Shown here: positions 39,030 through 52,460 of the stretch, piece by piece
Layout of the letters: every line of letters begins with the position of its first letter
Position numbering within the stretch: position 1 is the stretch's first letter
Assembly (NCBI GenBank): GCA_013239625.1
Contig: MU054323.1
Location: forward strand, 8,235,220-8,299,219
DNA: 64,000 nt
DNA from: Lama guanicoe
Taxonomy: Eukaryota
Direction of reading: 5' to 3'
Program-made: the position numbers and the translations under genes
Notes under the pieces: model-generated
Told to the model about the DNA's origin: nothing
Database searches by the model: none
Seen by the model: only the letters and a program-made list of their open reading frames with translations

Positions 39030-39370
39030 GGGACTCATTGGTACTGGGGAATGGCTAAATGGCTTGGGGATAGACCTGAAGCTTGAAGGCACAGGGCTGT
39101 ACCAGCTGATTAACTTGGCAAAGAATAGCTCATTGGTGTCTTAGAGAAAGCGAGAAAATTTTTGCAAAATGATGAGAAAGCAAGCCAGGCCACCTGGAGT
39201 TAAGGAGTGGTTTGATGATGATACATTGAAGAGTAAATAACCATCTTAAATGTAAAAGGCCATATACTGTGGCTGAAGAAGGGACTCTGGAGTCATAAGC
39301 TCTTCCATGAGGAGGCTATCTCCATGTGCTGATGTAACTAAAAAGACCCCCAATTTCTGGGTGGCATCAA
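39030..39370 (+). mobile_element. Possible L3/CR1 remnant
   Basis: Weak similarity to CR1 3' RT text (aaatgtaaa, tgatgtaactaaaaag ... ctgggtggcatcaa). Confidence 0.35.
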
Positions 39371-39983
39371 GATGGGACTGAAAGAGGAAACAACACTGAG
39401 GACTCCAGAGAACCTAGAGCCAGGGGAGAATGAGGAAAGGATCCTGTTTCTGGTTCCTTGGAGACCAGGATAACTGAGGGAGGGCTTGACAGAAACTATG
39501 GAAGAACAAGGTAGGACTAGGAAGGGAAGACAGGCTTCTCAGAGAGTCAGGAAAAGAAGAACAGCCTTGGAAGAGCCTGGATGTGGGCTACAACAAGGTT
39601 TACAGAGTCAAGTCGTCCCTATGCAAGATTCAGCTGCAGCAGTGACCACAGATGAATCCTGTGTCCAACTAGCAAGGTTCCCTTCATCAGTCCTCCGCCT
39701 GCAGGACGGAGCTTCAGCTCCTCTCCACATTACCGGCTTGGGTGTGTATTGTTACTTCTGAGTTATTGCAAGTAAAAAGTGAGGGTTATATCTCCTTCCC
39801 AGAACCAGAGCTTCAAGCCCTGGCTAGTGGCAGAAGAAGTGTCAGAGAAGGCAGGGAGCTAAACTGGCACCTGCTCAGACCTCTCCTACTGGAAGACTGA
39901 CCCAAGGCCTTCTGGAGCCATTTGAGTCCCCACAACCACTGCTTAGCTCCGGAATGGATATTTTCTCTTCTATTTTTTTATCT

Positions 39984-40013
39984 AAAACAAAACAAAACAA
40001 AACAAAACAAAAA
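39984..40013 (+). repeat. (AAAAC)n microsatellite
   Basis: Directly visible. Confidence 0.95.
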
Positions 40014-40039
40014 CACATCTGGATAGTACATAAGAGTTT

Positions 40040-41190
40040 ACATTCATTACCTCATCTGGCCTCCTAAAATCACTATGATTTAGATGTAGCTATAATTACG
40101 GATGGGGAAGCTGAGGCTCAGGGAGATTATTTGACTCACCAAAAGGCACAAGTCTCCTAAGTGATGGAGCCATTTATTTATTTAGCAAATGTTTCCTGAA
40201 ACCCAGAGCTGAAAAACAAAACAAAAAACCTGTCTGCAGTCATCAGGGAGTTCCCATCCTAGTGGGCAGAAAGGCTCATGAACAGGCAATTTTAAAGCAA
40301 TATTATTGCCTCGCCAATCCAGAGGTTATGCAGAAGAAAGCCCCCAGGGTGGCCTGGGAGAGGCTTCACAGACATAGAGGCAGCATTTGTGCTGAGACTT
40401 GAAGAATGATTGAGAATTTCCAGGGAGAATTTTCCAGTGGAGAGGCTGTATTCCAGCAGGGAACAGCACGGCCCGAGGTACCCAGGCATGAGAAGACGTG
40501 GAGGGTTCGGGGAAGCTACAGGTTGTTCTGGATCACAGAGTCACACGGGGGCAAGGGGCAGGGGTGGCGGTACAGAGACAGTGACTGACTAGGCTACGGG
40601 GGCATTCATTTGATGGCTAACAAGCGCACCAGGCATGATACTAACATGTACTAAGGGAATCTCTCCCTCATCTAGACTGAGACCCCACCCCCCACCCCGA
40701 GCACAGCTTACACTCCAGAGGCCCCGCGGCATCAGGCTGAGGCTGCCCTCTGCGGGACTTCGCCTGTGTCCAACTTGGCCTGCTCGCTTTCCTGTCCGCT
40801 CCTCACCCCACCGCTCTCCCTGGGACCACGCCGTTAACAAATCCTCATCTCAGAGACTGCGCCCGGGGAACCACCCAAACACTGGCTTTATTGTTTTCCA
40901 TCGCTTACAGGGACTTGACACCAGGCTGTTTGGATGTGCTCATTGTCCATCCGCTTCCACTAGAATTTAGGCTCCACAAGGGCAGGGAGCCTATTCACTG
41001 TGGCTTCTCATGCCCGGAAGAGTGTCTGGCACGTAGTAGGTGCCCAGAATATATTTTGCTCAATAAATGATCTCAGTGAATTCTCACAATGATCCTGGGA
41101 GGTAAAAATTATCATCCCATTTTCCAAATGAGGAAAGTTGCCTAGGCTGACACAGATCATGCACAGCACAGCCAGGCTTCCAAACTGGGC
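40040..41190. mobile_element. Cluster of MIR and L2 fragments (about 40040-40560 and 40940-41190)
   Basis: Cores ggatggggaagctgaggctcaggga, gtctggcacgtagtaggtgcc and atccccattttccaaatgaggaaa. Confidence 0.6.
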
Positions 41191-43698
41191 GTGACTCCAG
41201 GCCAAAACGAAGGCTTTAAACCCAAGCCCACGTTTGCAATTTCCAGAACACTCCAGGCTATTTCACACCTCCTCAGTGCTACTGAAGCTGCTTCTTTTGC
41301 AAAGAAACAGCCCTTCTCTCCACCGCCTGCACCCCAACACACACACACACGCCCAACTGACCATCACAGTGCCCCTTGAGCCCCTCTGGCCCCTGGACAG
41401 ATTCCTGCTGGGGCTTTCTCATGTTTGTTTCCTCTTTCTCTTCTGTGAAATTCTTTAGGGTAAAGCTTTGCCTTATTTATCTTTGCTTCCCTAGCACCAA
41501 GTGGGGTCCTGGCAGAAGGCTAGAAATCTGTGAATAGTTGTTAAATCAAAGGAGGGGAGGGAGGGATGGAGGAAGAGATTGAAGGAGGAGCAAGGGAATG
41601 AGCAGGGCCATGGAGATAATGGAGCTGGGTGCAGCTCTGGCCCATCAGAGGCTCAAAAGTCTGCCTGTGGGAGCCTCTGGCTCCTAAAGGTTTGCTGATT
41701 GACAAAATGTCACTGACTTATATTTCTAAGTACTTCAGCACGTACAGGACAGTTTCACATAACTTGCTGGTGTAGGCAGAAGAGATAACATTATTTTAAC
41801 ATCCCCTCTCCCCGGAAGGAACACAAGGTGGTCTTCCTAGGAGCCATCCCTCCCCCTTCATCCGGCGCATCAGCCATGCTCTCTGGGTAGGATAATCCCA
41901 CCCCAGTTCAGGGATCTAAAGGCAGTTTTTGGTCCAGTGGAGAGAGACGTAGATGGGGAATCAAGAGGCCTGGGATCCCCGTTCCAGCTGGGACGTGACT
42001 GGTGGAGTGACTTGGGTAGGCCCTTCTCTCTCCGGGCCTTCGTTTCCTCATCTGTGACACGAGGGACTTGAACTGCCAACAGGTGATCTCTAACATTTCT
42101 TCTGACTCTAGCATTCCCAGATTTCTGAGACCTTAAATCATTCGGCTCTGGAAAACAGCCAAGGGTAGTGGCCAGGGCCCCAGGTGAGGAACACAAATAT
42201 CTGGGCTTAAATCTGGGCTCACCTCTCACCATCTCTGTGCTCAATCACCTAGCCCTTCGGGGCCTCAATGTCTTCATCTCTCTGAGAAGAAAGTGATTCT
42301 TGCCCAAATTACTTTCCTGAGTGAATAAAGGGACAAAACATAAGGACGAGAAAGTAAAACATTTCCCATTGCTAATCACTTGTGAGTATTTGCTCCAATC
42401 CAGACGCTGTGGCAAGAACTTGACATAATTTATCTGATTCACTCTTCTGTCCTGTAGGGTGAGAACTATCCTGAGTGATGTTCTGGTAGATTCTTAAGAA
42501 CAAGACCTCCGCAGAGAAAAGCCCTGACCTGTAGGCCTACTCATTCCTGTGGTAAAAGTACTCCGCCATGGCCCATTTCAAGTTAACCAGCCTCAGGTGA
42601 CTGAATACAGAACTGGAAAGAAATACATACAGTTGGCTCTCAGGAGGTGGAACTACCCGGCTCCAGTGCATTCTTGATTATATCTGCTTTATTTCTGAGA
42701 AAACTGAGCTTTGGGAAACATGCCCCAATTTATACAGTCAGTACTAATGGAGGGCTCTGTGAGGCCGTCCCTGCTCCTGGGAAGAGACTGAACTTAAAAT
42801 CAGAAGACGTCAGGGTAGAGCCTGGCTCCACCACTTTCTGGCTGTGAGACCTGGATGCACTTAGCTTCTCTTCACCAAAGGCCTCAATCTTCTCCTTGTT
42901 AAATGGAAGCAAACTCACAGCACACACGTCTTCTCTGTGGCTCCAAGGAACACTGCTGTGCTTTGTGAAAGAAAAGCTCAGTCTCCAAGCAAAAGCACCT
43001 GGCCATGCAGAGGACCGGTGGGGGAGTTGCTGCCCGTCCAGAGAGCCTATCTGCTCTGAAGACTCTGCTTCCCGCAGGCCTTGGGGCTCTGCCTCCCTTT
43101 GCCCAAGGGTCTGTAGCTAAAGGCAGGTGGAAGCATCCTCCATCCTCCAGTGGGTGCCTGCTTCAGTCCTACCACAGGCTCCTAATTCCTAACATTCCAG
43201 CGCAAGCCCCTCCCTTCCGCGTCTCCTCGGAGCTCAAGCAGGGCAGAAACCAGAACCTTCTCAGAGCTGCTGGAATCCTGCGCCTCATAAATCAGGATGC
43301 ATCCTGAGCTGTGGGACCAAAGGAATGCTCTGGAAAAGTGAGTGACTCCCCTGATGATCATTTCCAAACATCATCCCACACCTCACTGAGTCCAGACCCA
43401 TCCCCAGGGTTAAGCTGCCTTCCAGCACCACCCGCTACTAAGAGTGTTTGGGCTCACACCTCCCTCTCTTAACACTCAAGCAGGGTGGAAAGAGCCCTGA
43501 GGCAGGGCTCAGGCTCCTAGAAACCATGCCCTGCTCTGTGGCATGCCCCACAGGGGAGTTCAGCTGCCCTCTCAGAGCCTGCCCTCACCTGGCCTGGCTA
43601 ACGTGGAAGGGAGGAGGCAGAAGGTCTATGACCTTTGCAAGAGGGCGACATTGCACTCTCTGAGGGCGCCAAGCCTATGCCCAAATCATGCGAATTCA

Positions 43699-43700
43699 CT

Positions 43701-43727
<27 letters not shown>
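43699..43727 (+). repeat. (CA)n microsatellite
   Basis: Directly visible. Confidence 0.95.
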
Positions 43728-43731
<4 letters not shown>

Positions 43732-45018
43732 ATACACTCTCATCTATACCCATCCTGGAGCATTCTTGGATTTCAGAGATGCACATTGTGATGTTGACTC
43801 TGGTCCTCCAAGAGGCAAGAAAGAGATTTCCAGGTGACCCGAATTCCTGGGAGCATGTAGGGATGCAGAAGAGAAAAACACAGGCTGGAAACTGTGAGGA
43901 AACAAAACACAGGAGAAGGGGTTTCCTGAGTGGACAGAGTCCTGGAATTGACCTCGGGTCAGTACTCCTTTCCTGGAATAAGTCGCTGGCAGCACCAGCA
44001 GCTGGAGGAGAGCAGGTGTGCCCTGGTGCTGAGGGGCTGACTTAGGATCTGAGAAAGGGAACACTGCTTCTGAGTGACTAGGGGAGCTCAGAGAAAGAGC
44101 TCTGGCCTTAGGCAGAAGGAGAGAGGGAAGCAAGGGCAGGGCAGCCCAGGAGGAGGAGGGTAGAGCAGCCAGGCAGAGTGAGTCCCGTGGGCCAGGGTTG
44201 TCTTTGCCCTGGCTTGTGTGCAGTGCCATTCCAGCACTGTCCTTTAAGTATTTGCCTGAGGGGTGGTCTGGGCAGAGACAGGTTGGGGATGGACAGTGTT
44301 CAGAAGCAGTGGTGGCCTGGGTTGAAATTTGTCTTGGCATCCAGGGGAGAGGTGACAGGCACCGAGAGGGAGTCTCTCTGTGGGACCTTGAGTTAAGAAG
44401 GGACCTCCCAGGTGGCATCACCCCGGTGAATTGACCACTATCCCAGGCCAGGCTTTGTCTGGCTCTCAGAACTGGTCCGTCCCACTGGCCCAAGTTCTGC
44501 CAATCAAACTCCCAAGAGTCAGGAACCTGCAGATGAGCCTTGGCCTCAGGGAGGGCTCTGAAAATCCGTACCCTGACCCGCTGCCTCAGCAGGGTCCTGA
44601 AGCCCTAGACAGCTGAGGCTGTGAGTGTGAGATGTGAGCAGAGTTTGAGGGCCTCTCCATCCTGGCCCTGCTATGGCCCAGTGACCTTCTCAGGCCACAC
44701 TAGAGCATGAGATCTGGTCCCTGGAGCATTTCTAGACTCAGGGACTCTCCCTCCAAATAATGCTGGTCAAACATTGCCCCTGTGGCTCAGGGCTCCTCTC
44801 GGCCTCTCCCTGGTCCAACACCCCCACCCCTCTGCCCCCAGTCTTTGAGTGGGGTGAGTCCATTTCATTACACTCACCCTGAACCTGCCTCCCACCGCAA
44901 ACCTCAGTGGGCGCTGAGAGTGCTGCCAAAGTCAGCAGCCCCGTAGTTCCAGACAATGGCCTCCTTGGACGTGAGCTTAAGGCTGAGGACAGCGTCTGAG
45001 AGTTGCCCCCAGCTTGAA

Positions 45019-45280
45019 NNNNNNNNNNNNNNNNNNNNNNNNNNNNNNNNNNNNNNNNNNNNNNNNNNNNNNNNNNNNNNNNNNNNNNNNNNNNNNNNNN
45101 NNNNNNNNNNNNNNNNNNNNNNNNNNNNNNNNNNNNNNNNNNNNNNNNNNNNNNNNNNNNNNNNNNNNNNNNNNNNNNNNNNNNNNNNNNNNNNNNNNNN
45201 NNNNNNNNNNNNNNNNNNNNNNNNNNNNNNNNNNNNNNNNNNNNNNNNNNNNNNNNNNNNNNNNNNNNNNNNNNNNNNNN
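45019..45280. other. Assembly gap (262 N) with duplicated flanks
   Basis: 44943-45018 recurs at 45281-45355 with a 1-bp indel. Confidence 0.98.
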
Positions 45281-47119
45281 GTAGTTCCAGCAATGGCCTC
45301 CTTGGACGTGAGCTTAAGGCTGAGGACAGCGTCTGAGAGTTGCCCCCAGCTTGAAAGGGGCCTTGGCCTCTCCCAAGGCAGATGTGGAATCTCCAAGAGA
45401 ATGGTGGCCTCCGCCAGTGGAAGGTGTCAGGGCTGATGAGGACCGGCAGACCTCCCTGTCCACCCCATGCCCTACACAGATGAGGACACGGGGACTCCTG
45501 GTTTGTAGAGACGAGCTCAGGGCAGACTGGGGGCCAGACCTGGGCCTCCCACTGCCCATTCTCCCTATTACAGCTCACACTACCACTCCCCAGCCCCTGC
45601 TCAGATATTAAGACACAAGAAGCTTTCCAGGGCCTGAGCGAGGACCCCTGTTCCTCCCCACTCCCCAGGACCAGTGTTGGTGAGGGGCAGGGTGAGCTCT
45701 GGCTGGGGCAGGAAAGTGCTGTCTAAACACGCAGTGGGGCCTGTGTGTCTGGCTCGCGGGCTGTCACCCAGGCCAGGTGGGCCTCTGACACACAGCAGAA
45801 ATTTTCCATTTGCGCATCCTCTGGCTGGTTGGGATCCAAGACATTTTAAGCCTTTTTTTTTTTCTTTCATTCCAGTTGTCTCCCCTGCCCCATAAAGATG
45901 CACCCTGGGGTCCAGAGGCTGAGTCCCTAAATTCTCAGGAAGGCTTTGGGGAACCCCATCCAGGAGCCACTTGTTAGTGCCTAAAATCTAGAATTCTTAA
46001 ATGTAGGAGCAGGAAAAGTACTTTTAAAAACCTACACAGATGATGAGATTAAAGTTCTGAAGGAAAGGTGACATGGCCAAGATCACTCCATCATTAAGTG
46101 GTGCAACCAAGATCAAACAGGTTTGTCTAACCCTGATGCCACTCTATTTCCAGAGTACCAGCTCCCCAACGTTAAGATCCAAGGTCACTGAGAGACACTG
46201 TAAGCCATGTGAGGAGGCTCCAAATGTGAAGCTGCACGTGGGAGCGGAGCCATCCGTGTGGAGAAACTGCCAGATCACAGAAGTCCCCAGAATGGGTAGC
46301 CGAGTCGCTCAGGACACATGCTTCCCTATGCTCCTTTTCCCAGCCTGGCAGGAGCAGGTCCAAAACTTCCTTCCCAAGGGTAAGGCCAGTGGGTGGTAGC
46401 CCCCTCCTTCAGGGGCCTGGACCTCCATCCTGCATCACGATAGTGGGGATATTCCCTGGGTTGGAGCAGACTTGACCCTGTGTCCAGGGCATCCTTTGGG
46501 CAGTAATAAGGGCCTTGACCTTGTGAACGTGTTGGGGATACAGACTTGGAGGCTGGGCCTACGTATTAGAGACCAACTGGGCTTGAGCCTGAATCTTGTG
46601 AGATCTTTGTCAAACAGTGCAGGGGGCTGCAGTGGACCACTTGCCATAGGCAGAGGTGTGTCCCAGGTGATTGGAGCAATACCTGTGCCTTCAGGGCAGG
46701 TTCACAGCCAAAGGGAGAAAGACTGACTCTCCACATTGAATGACACTCTGTAGGCTCCTCCCTGGGGCCCTGGGAGTCTTTCCTAGAGTAACAACTAACT
46801 CCCCAGAGAGTGGATCCTCAGAAAGCCAGACCTCAAGGAGCCCCAGCCTTGTTCGGGGAGGTTGACAGGTGGGGAAGGTGATGACAGGGAGACCCGGAGT
46901 GCCATTTGGCCTGTACAACCTCCTACCTCCATGAACCGTGTAGAACGAGGCCCCTAGTTACCACCCGAGCATTTCCTGAAGTAAGTTCTGTGAAATAAAG
47001 TCAAAGGGAGCTGGAGGAAAAAAATGTTCCTGTAGTCATAAGTTTGGGAAACCAGGTTAAATCAACGTATTTTCCTGCTTCCTCAAACGTATTACAAATG
47101 TCCTGCAGATTTCCTAGAG

Positions 47120-47330
47120 CGGTGTTTCTGAGCTGAGGGCAAAGTCATCCCCCCAGGGGACACTTGGCAATGTATTTAGAGGTTTTTAGCAGTCACAACT
47201 GGAGAGGTGCTACTGGCATCTAGTGAGTAGAGGCCTGGATGCTGCTAAACATCCTACAATGCCCAGGATAGCCCACCACAAAGAAGTGTGTGGCCCAAAA
47301 CGCCAACAGTACTGAGATTGGCAGACCCTG
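47120..47330 (+). mobile_element. MER20 hAT-Charlie MITE with perfect 8-bp TSD
   Basis: Diagnostic gtgctactggcatctagtgagtagaggcctggatgctgctaaacatcctacaatgc. TCCTAGAG occurs at 47112-47119 and 47331-47338. Confidence 0.93.
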
Positions 47331-47389
47331 TCCTAGAGCACAGCCCACTCGCAAGGCAGGTGTCCAGGCTCCACAGCATAGAGAACAGT

Positions 47390-47956
47390 TGTCATTGTTT
47401 TGGGCCAATCACCATCTGCCCTCCCTTTCTATGTTTAAAGATTTCCCCTATGTTTTCAAGCAAAGGCTGCCTCCCAGTACAGAAGCCGAAAATGAAATGG
47501 GAAATTTACATTGTCACAGCCTTTCTTGAGCTAGCACGCGGGCACATGACCTCACTCCACCACTAGACGCATTTCCCCAGGCTTTCAATCCAAAGCCCGT
47601 GGTTCAAAGAAGCAAGGATCCCACTCTGGTGAGGGTGGTGGCAGCAGCACCAATCTGCTTCCAGAGGCTACAGTAGTGGCAGTTCTAAAAGCAGCTTCCA
47701 GTGTTGGTGGAGCTAGTGGCCCAAGCTAAAGCATGAAGCACAAGTTCAGTGTTGGCAGCAGTGGGGTCTTCCTGGGGCCAGTCCTACAATGTGACTTTAG
47801 ATGTTGTTCCTGGCTGCTCTGCCTCTGACTTTGGTTTTCTGACCCTGCAGGAGACTCTGTGAACCACCCAAAATCCTTAGAATAAATCCCTTTTAAGCTT
47901 AAATTAGCAGAGCTGGCTTCTGATGCTTGCAAACAAGAACTAATTCTGAGTGATGC
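47390..47956 (+). mobile_element. LTR33-like ERVL solo LTR
   Basis: TG start, gggcacatgacct, and end aataaatccccttttaagcttaaattagcagagctggcttctgatgcttgcaa. Confidence 0.7.
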
Positions 47957-48556
47957 TCAGAGTTTCCCAAATGTGTTAAAGCACACGATTTTTTTTCTTT
48001 TGCAAAACATCTCAAGGCACCATTGTTTCATGAACATTCTTTAAGGAACACTGGCCAAAATAACAGTCAAATAGGGATTCACACAACCTCTGCTCCAACC
48101 AGAACCAGACCACTGCCATGGCCCACCCCTACCCAAGGCCACTGAGGACACTCGGCATCTCTCTCCTGGTCCTCGCTGAGTCAGGGCTAGCCCACATCCA
48201 CCCTCCTCCCCAGCGACAAGATTTGAGAATAACCACAGCTGGCTGCAGCCTCAAGAACCAGGACATAATCAAGGTTTAGCAATGATTGGGCTTGTCAGAA
48301 GGTGGAAGAAACTGACGTGGATACGAAATCTGCTGCTTGATTGGACTGAGGCTGTCAGCAGGTCGGAGGTTCGTTGAAAAAGAAACTGGAGGTTTTGAGA
48401 ATCTATGGCGTCAGGAGGGAAAAGAGGGAACCTCTAGGGGAGGTTAAGTAGATACCTAGAGAAGAACAAAGCTGTTTTAGAGAATGCTGTGCCTGGATTT
48501 CATGGAAGGTGCTAAGCCAGGTTGCAGGTGTGCTTAAAAAGAGCAATTTTAGACGC

Positions 48557-49260
48557 CACTCATTCATTTACCCAACAAGTAGTTATAGCGCCCCGATGCT
48601 GAGCAGGTGCTGGGGAGACAGTGTTGAACCAAACAGACACATCGACCTGTCCCTGCCTTCCTGGAGATCATAGTCCAGCGGGGGAGACAGACATCCAATG
48701 CTTGAGGTACAACCATTCTTTTCATTATGATGGTGTTTTGTCATCTGGGAGGAGAGGGGAGCCAGAGGACCATAGACCAAGGGACCTTACCTCCCTGTGG
48801 TCAAGGAGGACTTCCTGGGTAAGGGACCATCACAGGAGCAGGTGTGAGCCCAGAGGTGACAGGGGTGAGTCCAGGGGGAGGTAAGATTCTTGGGGAGGCC
48901 AAGAAGGAAGGAACATGACAAGACTGGGGACCTGAAAGAAAGCTCTGAATGCCCAGAGGGGTGGGGCAAGTGGATCCCCCAGGCCAGGCTGGAGAGGTTG
49001 GGGGTGGGGTGCGTGTGGATCCACGAGAGCCCCCTGCAGGCCATGCTGAGGGTCTAGGTCTTCATCCTAAAAGCAGCAGGAATCAGTCGGGAGTTCATAC
49101 TGGAGCCACATGACACGGACAAGCCAAGCCTGAAACTAGAAAAAAATGATGTGGCTTCTCTAGCGACTGAGGCCGAGGAAGGGAACGTGGCCACAGGTGG
49201 GGATGAGTGACCAGGTGAATTAAAAAGAGGAGGTGGGAGGGGAAGGAATGAGCTTCTGGA
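48557..49260 (-). mobile_element. L2 element fragment
   Basis: Starts cactcattcatttacccaacaag; contains tgccttcctggagatcatagtccagcgggggagacagac. Confidence 0.7.
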
Positions 49261-52200
49261 AGCCCCTACCATGAGCTCAGATCCTGTGCTGGGTGTTTTA
49301 CCTGTGACTCTGCATTTACAGCAGAGCTGAAATAACCATACAAGCAGCCCTGACCCCCACACAGAGCCGCAGTGCGTCCTGTTCAGGCCTGAGCTGTCAA
49401 AGAGGTTCTGAGAGAAACAGGCAGGGCCCTTGAGAAGCAGGGGGTTAGGGGGAGAGTGGGAAATAAACAAGGGGAGCCAGACTACGCTGCCGGGCAGTGC
49501 CAGAGAGTGAGCTGGGAAACCAGCCTCCCCTTTTACAGGCGAGAAACCTGCGGTCCCAGGTTCAGTGGCAGAGTTGGAAATAAAGCCCAGGTCTTTAACT
49601 CCTTATCCAGTGCTCTCTCTGCTGCTCCAGGTGTGTGTGTGCTTGCACAAATGTGCATGTGTGGCTGAGACAAGACCATCCATCCATAATCCAGGCTGAC
49701 CATGATGTTGGTGTGAATTAAGATGTTTATAGAAATGAAAAAAAGTGCTTAGGAAAGAAGTTAATCTCTCTATGGAGGGGGGTGTCCAATTTTGGAAGGT
49801 TAATATCTTGATTTTATTTAAATCCCTTTTCTGTATTTTCAGAGAGGATTTAGGGCTCTCAGTCCCAGCTGGGAAGCTTAAGAAAACAGAATGGCGTTTC
49901 TCTGCCTGCTGCCTTTCCTTGCAGCTCTGGGCGTCTCTTGCTGGACCTGGGGACAGAAATTCCTGGATCCTAGCCTTGGCTCTGGCCAGCCTCGTGCCTC
50001 AGTTTCCCTCTCTGTACAGGGGCATGGGACTTCCCTTTCTGCATCCTGCCCCCAATCTTGTGGAGAAGGTTGGTCCAGCCTAAGAGTGAAAGGGCTCAGA
50101 CACAGGAGGTGAGAAGTAGGATTTACAGTTGAAAACATTCAAGGGGGCTGGCCTGGCAGCTAAGGAGAATCACAAGCCCTGAGGAAGGCTTTGGAGGGTG
50201 TGTGCAGACAGAGGAAGAAGATGCCGTAGTGTGTGTGGGGAATGACCCAGGAGTCCCACTGCCCCTATTTACCATCTGGGTGGACCCTGGAGCCATCCTT
50301 CATCTTTGGAAAAATGGACATGACAGTGGGACCACACACGCACTGGATGTGCTCTCAAGACTGAGTTTTGGGGCAAACAGGAGAGTGTATTTCTGGGTTC
50401 ACCATTGGCAGGGCAGACAGAGACCCTGGTGTGACCGTGTGTATGCCCCTGTCAAGCCTCTGGAGATCAGTCACCTCCTGGAGCCCCAGCCCATCAGACC
50501 CCAAAGCTCCGTGACCCAAAACCACCAGGAAAGAACACCCCTCTGCAGCAAGTTGGGCCCCCCTACGTAGCAGGTGAGCCACGGCCCCACCCAGGGCTCA
50601 CTGGGTTCTCAACAATTTTGACTACAATAAAAATCAGTCTCCAGTTCCTCCAGATTCCCAAGGTCCACACAAGCACTTCTGCTCAAGTCTGGTGCCCTGG
50701 CCATTGCCTGGAACCCCACTATCTCTTTGTTAGTCAGAGACTTTTCTTAGTAGGAAAGACAGCAATGGATTAGAACTCAATCAAGATCTAAGTATCATCA
50801 TCATGTCACATGCCCTTGACCCTTCCCCTCTCTGGGCCTCTGTTTCCTCACCTTGTTGAGTGGGAATTTAGACCAGATGACCTCCATCACCACAACACAC
50901 ACACACAAACACACACACTCCCTTTGGAACTCAGTTCAAAACTCTAAATTTCCACTGAGTCTCTGCTGAGGATCTGGCCTGCCTCTAATCAGTTCAGTCC
51001 TTCCACGGCCCACACCAGCCAGGCTAGACCCAGGAAGCTCCTTTCCCCGACCAGGTCACCTAAGCCTTACAGCTGGCTTCCTCCCTAAGCCATGGTGGGG
51101 GGTTGGTTTCCCCAGCACTTATCCAGAAAGGAGGGAACAGAGGTAAGGGAAGGAAGCATTGTGACATGACAGTCCAGACAGAACTGGGACTTCCTGTATT
51201 GCACCTACTCCTTCTAACCCATTTTAAGAAGGTGGGCTACATTGCTGGGCAGGAGTGGGACCCACCTGGAACCTGTGCTCTTTCCCCTGCTTCACAGCCT
51301 CCTTAGATCCACTCGTCTGAAACAGGGTTGAGTTTTCTGGCCAGGAGGTCTGCCTTGACTCAATTCATCAAGCCTTTATTAATAGACCAGAGGGCTTGTT
51401 TGGCAAGGTATTGGGGGACAAAAAAGGTCCACAGAACCTATGGGGTGATCCCTTCTGGCCTCTGGGCTGGGGCTCAGTCCCTCCCCCAGGGCCATGTCAG
51501 GCCATCATCAGACACCCCTGGGCCTCTGGCAGCTGTTTTCCCATTTGTCCTTTTGGATCCAGCAAGTTACAGCTCATTCCTTTGGCCACATTGTTCCTTA
51601 ACGACATCACTTTTTCCATCTCCCTGACGGCTTGGTGCCCTTCCGCCAGAGCGCTGCCTCCCGGCTGATCTCCACCTCCCTGACATGCTGTGGAGTCCAT
51701 GAATCACTGGACTGTGCCATCTCTCAGTCATCTGAGCCAGGTACCTGCCTGTGCCTCCCCATGGTAACCCAGAGCCAGGACCAACCGCCATTCATGTGGA
51801 TGGATGGTCCCTACCCCTTCAGATTGCTCAGTATGCTGGAGACACTGCCATTCTCCTAGACACCCAGCTCAAAGCCTCAAAGGTATCCTTGATCTGTGCA
51901 TAGCTGTGGAGACCCTTCTACATCCCTGCCTGGGCTGGGTGCTAGGGCTGGGCCATGGACAATTCGGCCTCCTCTTTCCTCTTCACGTCAGATCAGTCAC
52001 TGAGTTCAGCTCGTTCATGACAGTCTTGTCTCCCGGTCACTTTGCAAGCTAGAGTCATTTGGCTTTGCCCACACTTCTGTCCTGTTTCCTACTCAGAGTC
52101 AAGCCTCTGTCCCTCCTGGGACAAAGCCAGGTGCTGCATCCTGGCCCTTCCTACAGCCTTCCTCTCTGAGCTGCTCATTCGTTCACACAACCAGTACTTT

Positions 52201-52289
52201 TGAAGCTCTAGCTATGTGTGTGGATAGCACCTTTTGCTCTAGTTCTCTATTGCTGCCAGGCTCTGCCCTTAATCATCTTCTAGCAAGAG

Positions 52290-52460
52290 AGTGTGGCAGA
52301 AAAGTGAAAGCATAGGCATTAGAGTCAAACTGATTTGGGTTTAATATCGGATCTGTTGTCCACTTACCTGTAAGAGCTTAGCCAAGTGGCTTTGCCATGA
52401 GCCTCAGTTTTCTCATCTGTAAAATGGGAATGCAGCCTTCCAAGGGTTGTTGGGAGAACT
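52290..52460 (+). mobile_element. MIR SINE
   Basis: gagcctcagttttctcatctgtaaaatgggaat ... agggttgttgggaga. Confidence 0.75.

Larger units (their letters stand above)
46967..48054. mobile_element. MER103-like palindromic hAT MITE split by two later insertions
   Basis: Left arm (aaaaaatgttcctgtagtcataagtttgggaaacc) and right arm (gtttcccaaatgtgttaaagcacacgattttttt ... ggaacactg) are decayed inverted repeats. Confidence 0.6.

Noticed and set aside
43744..44493. 249-aa minus-strand ORF
   Set aside because: No family resemblance or exon structure; consistent with a chance ORF.
44904..45578. ORFs spanning the N-gap (also 63561-63971)
   Set aside because: Artefacts of translating through Ns.
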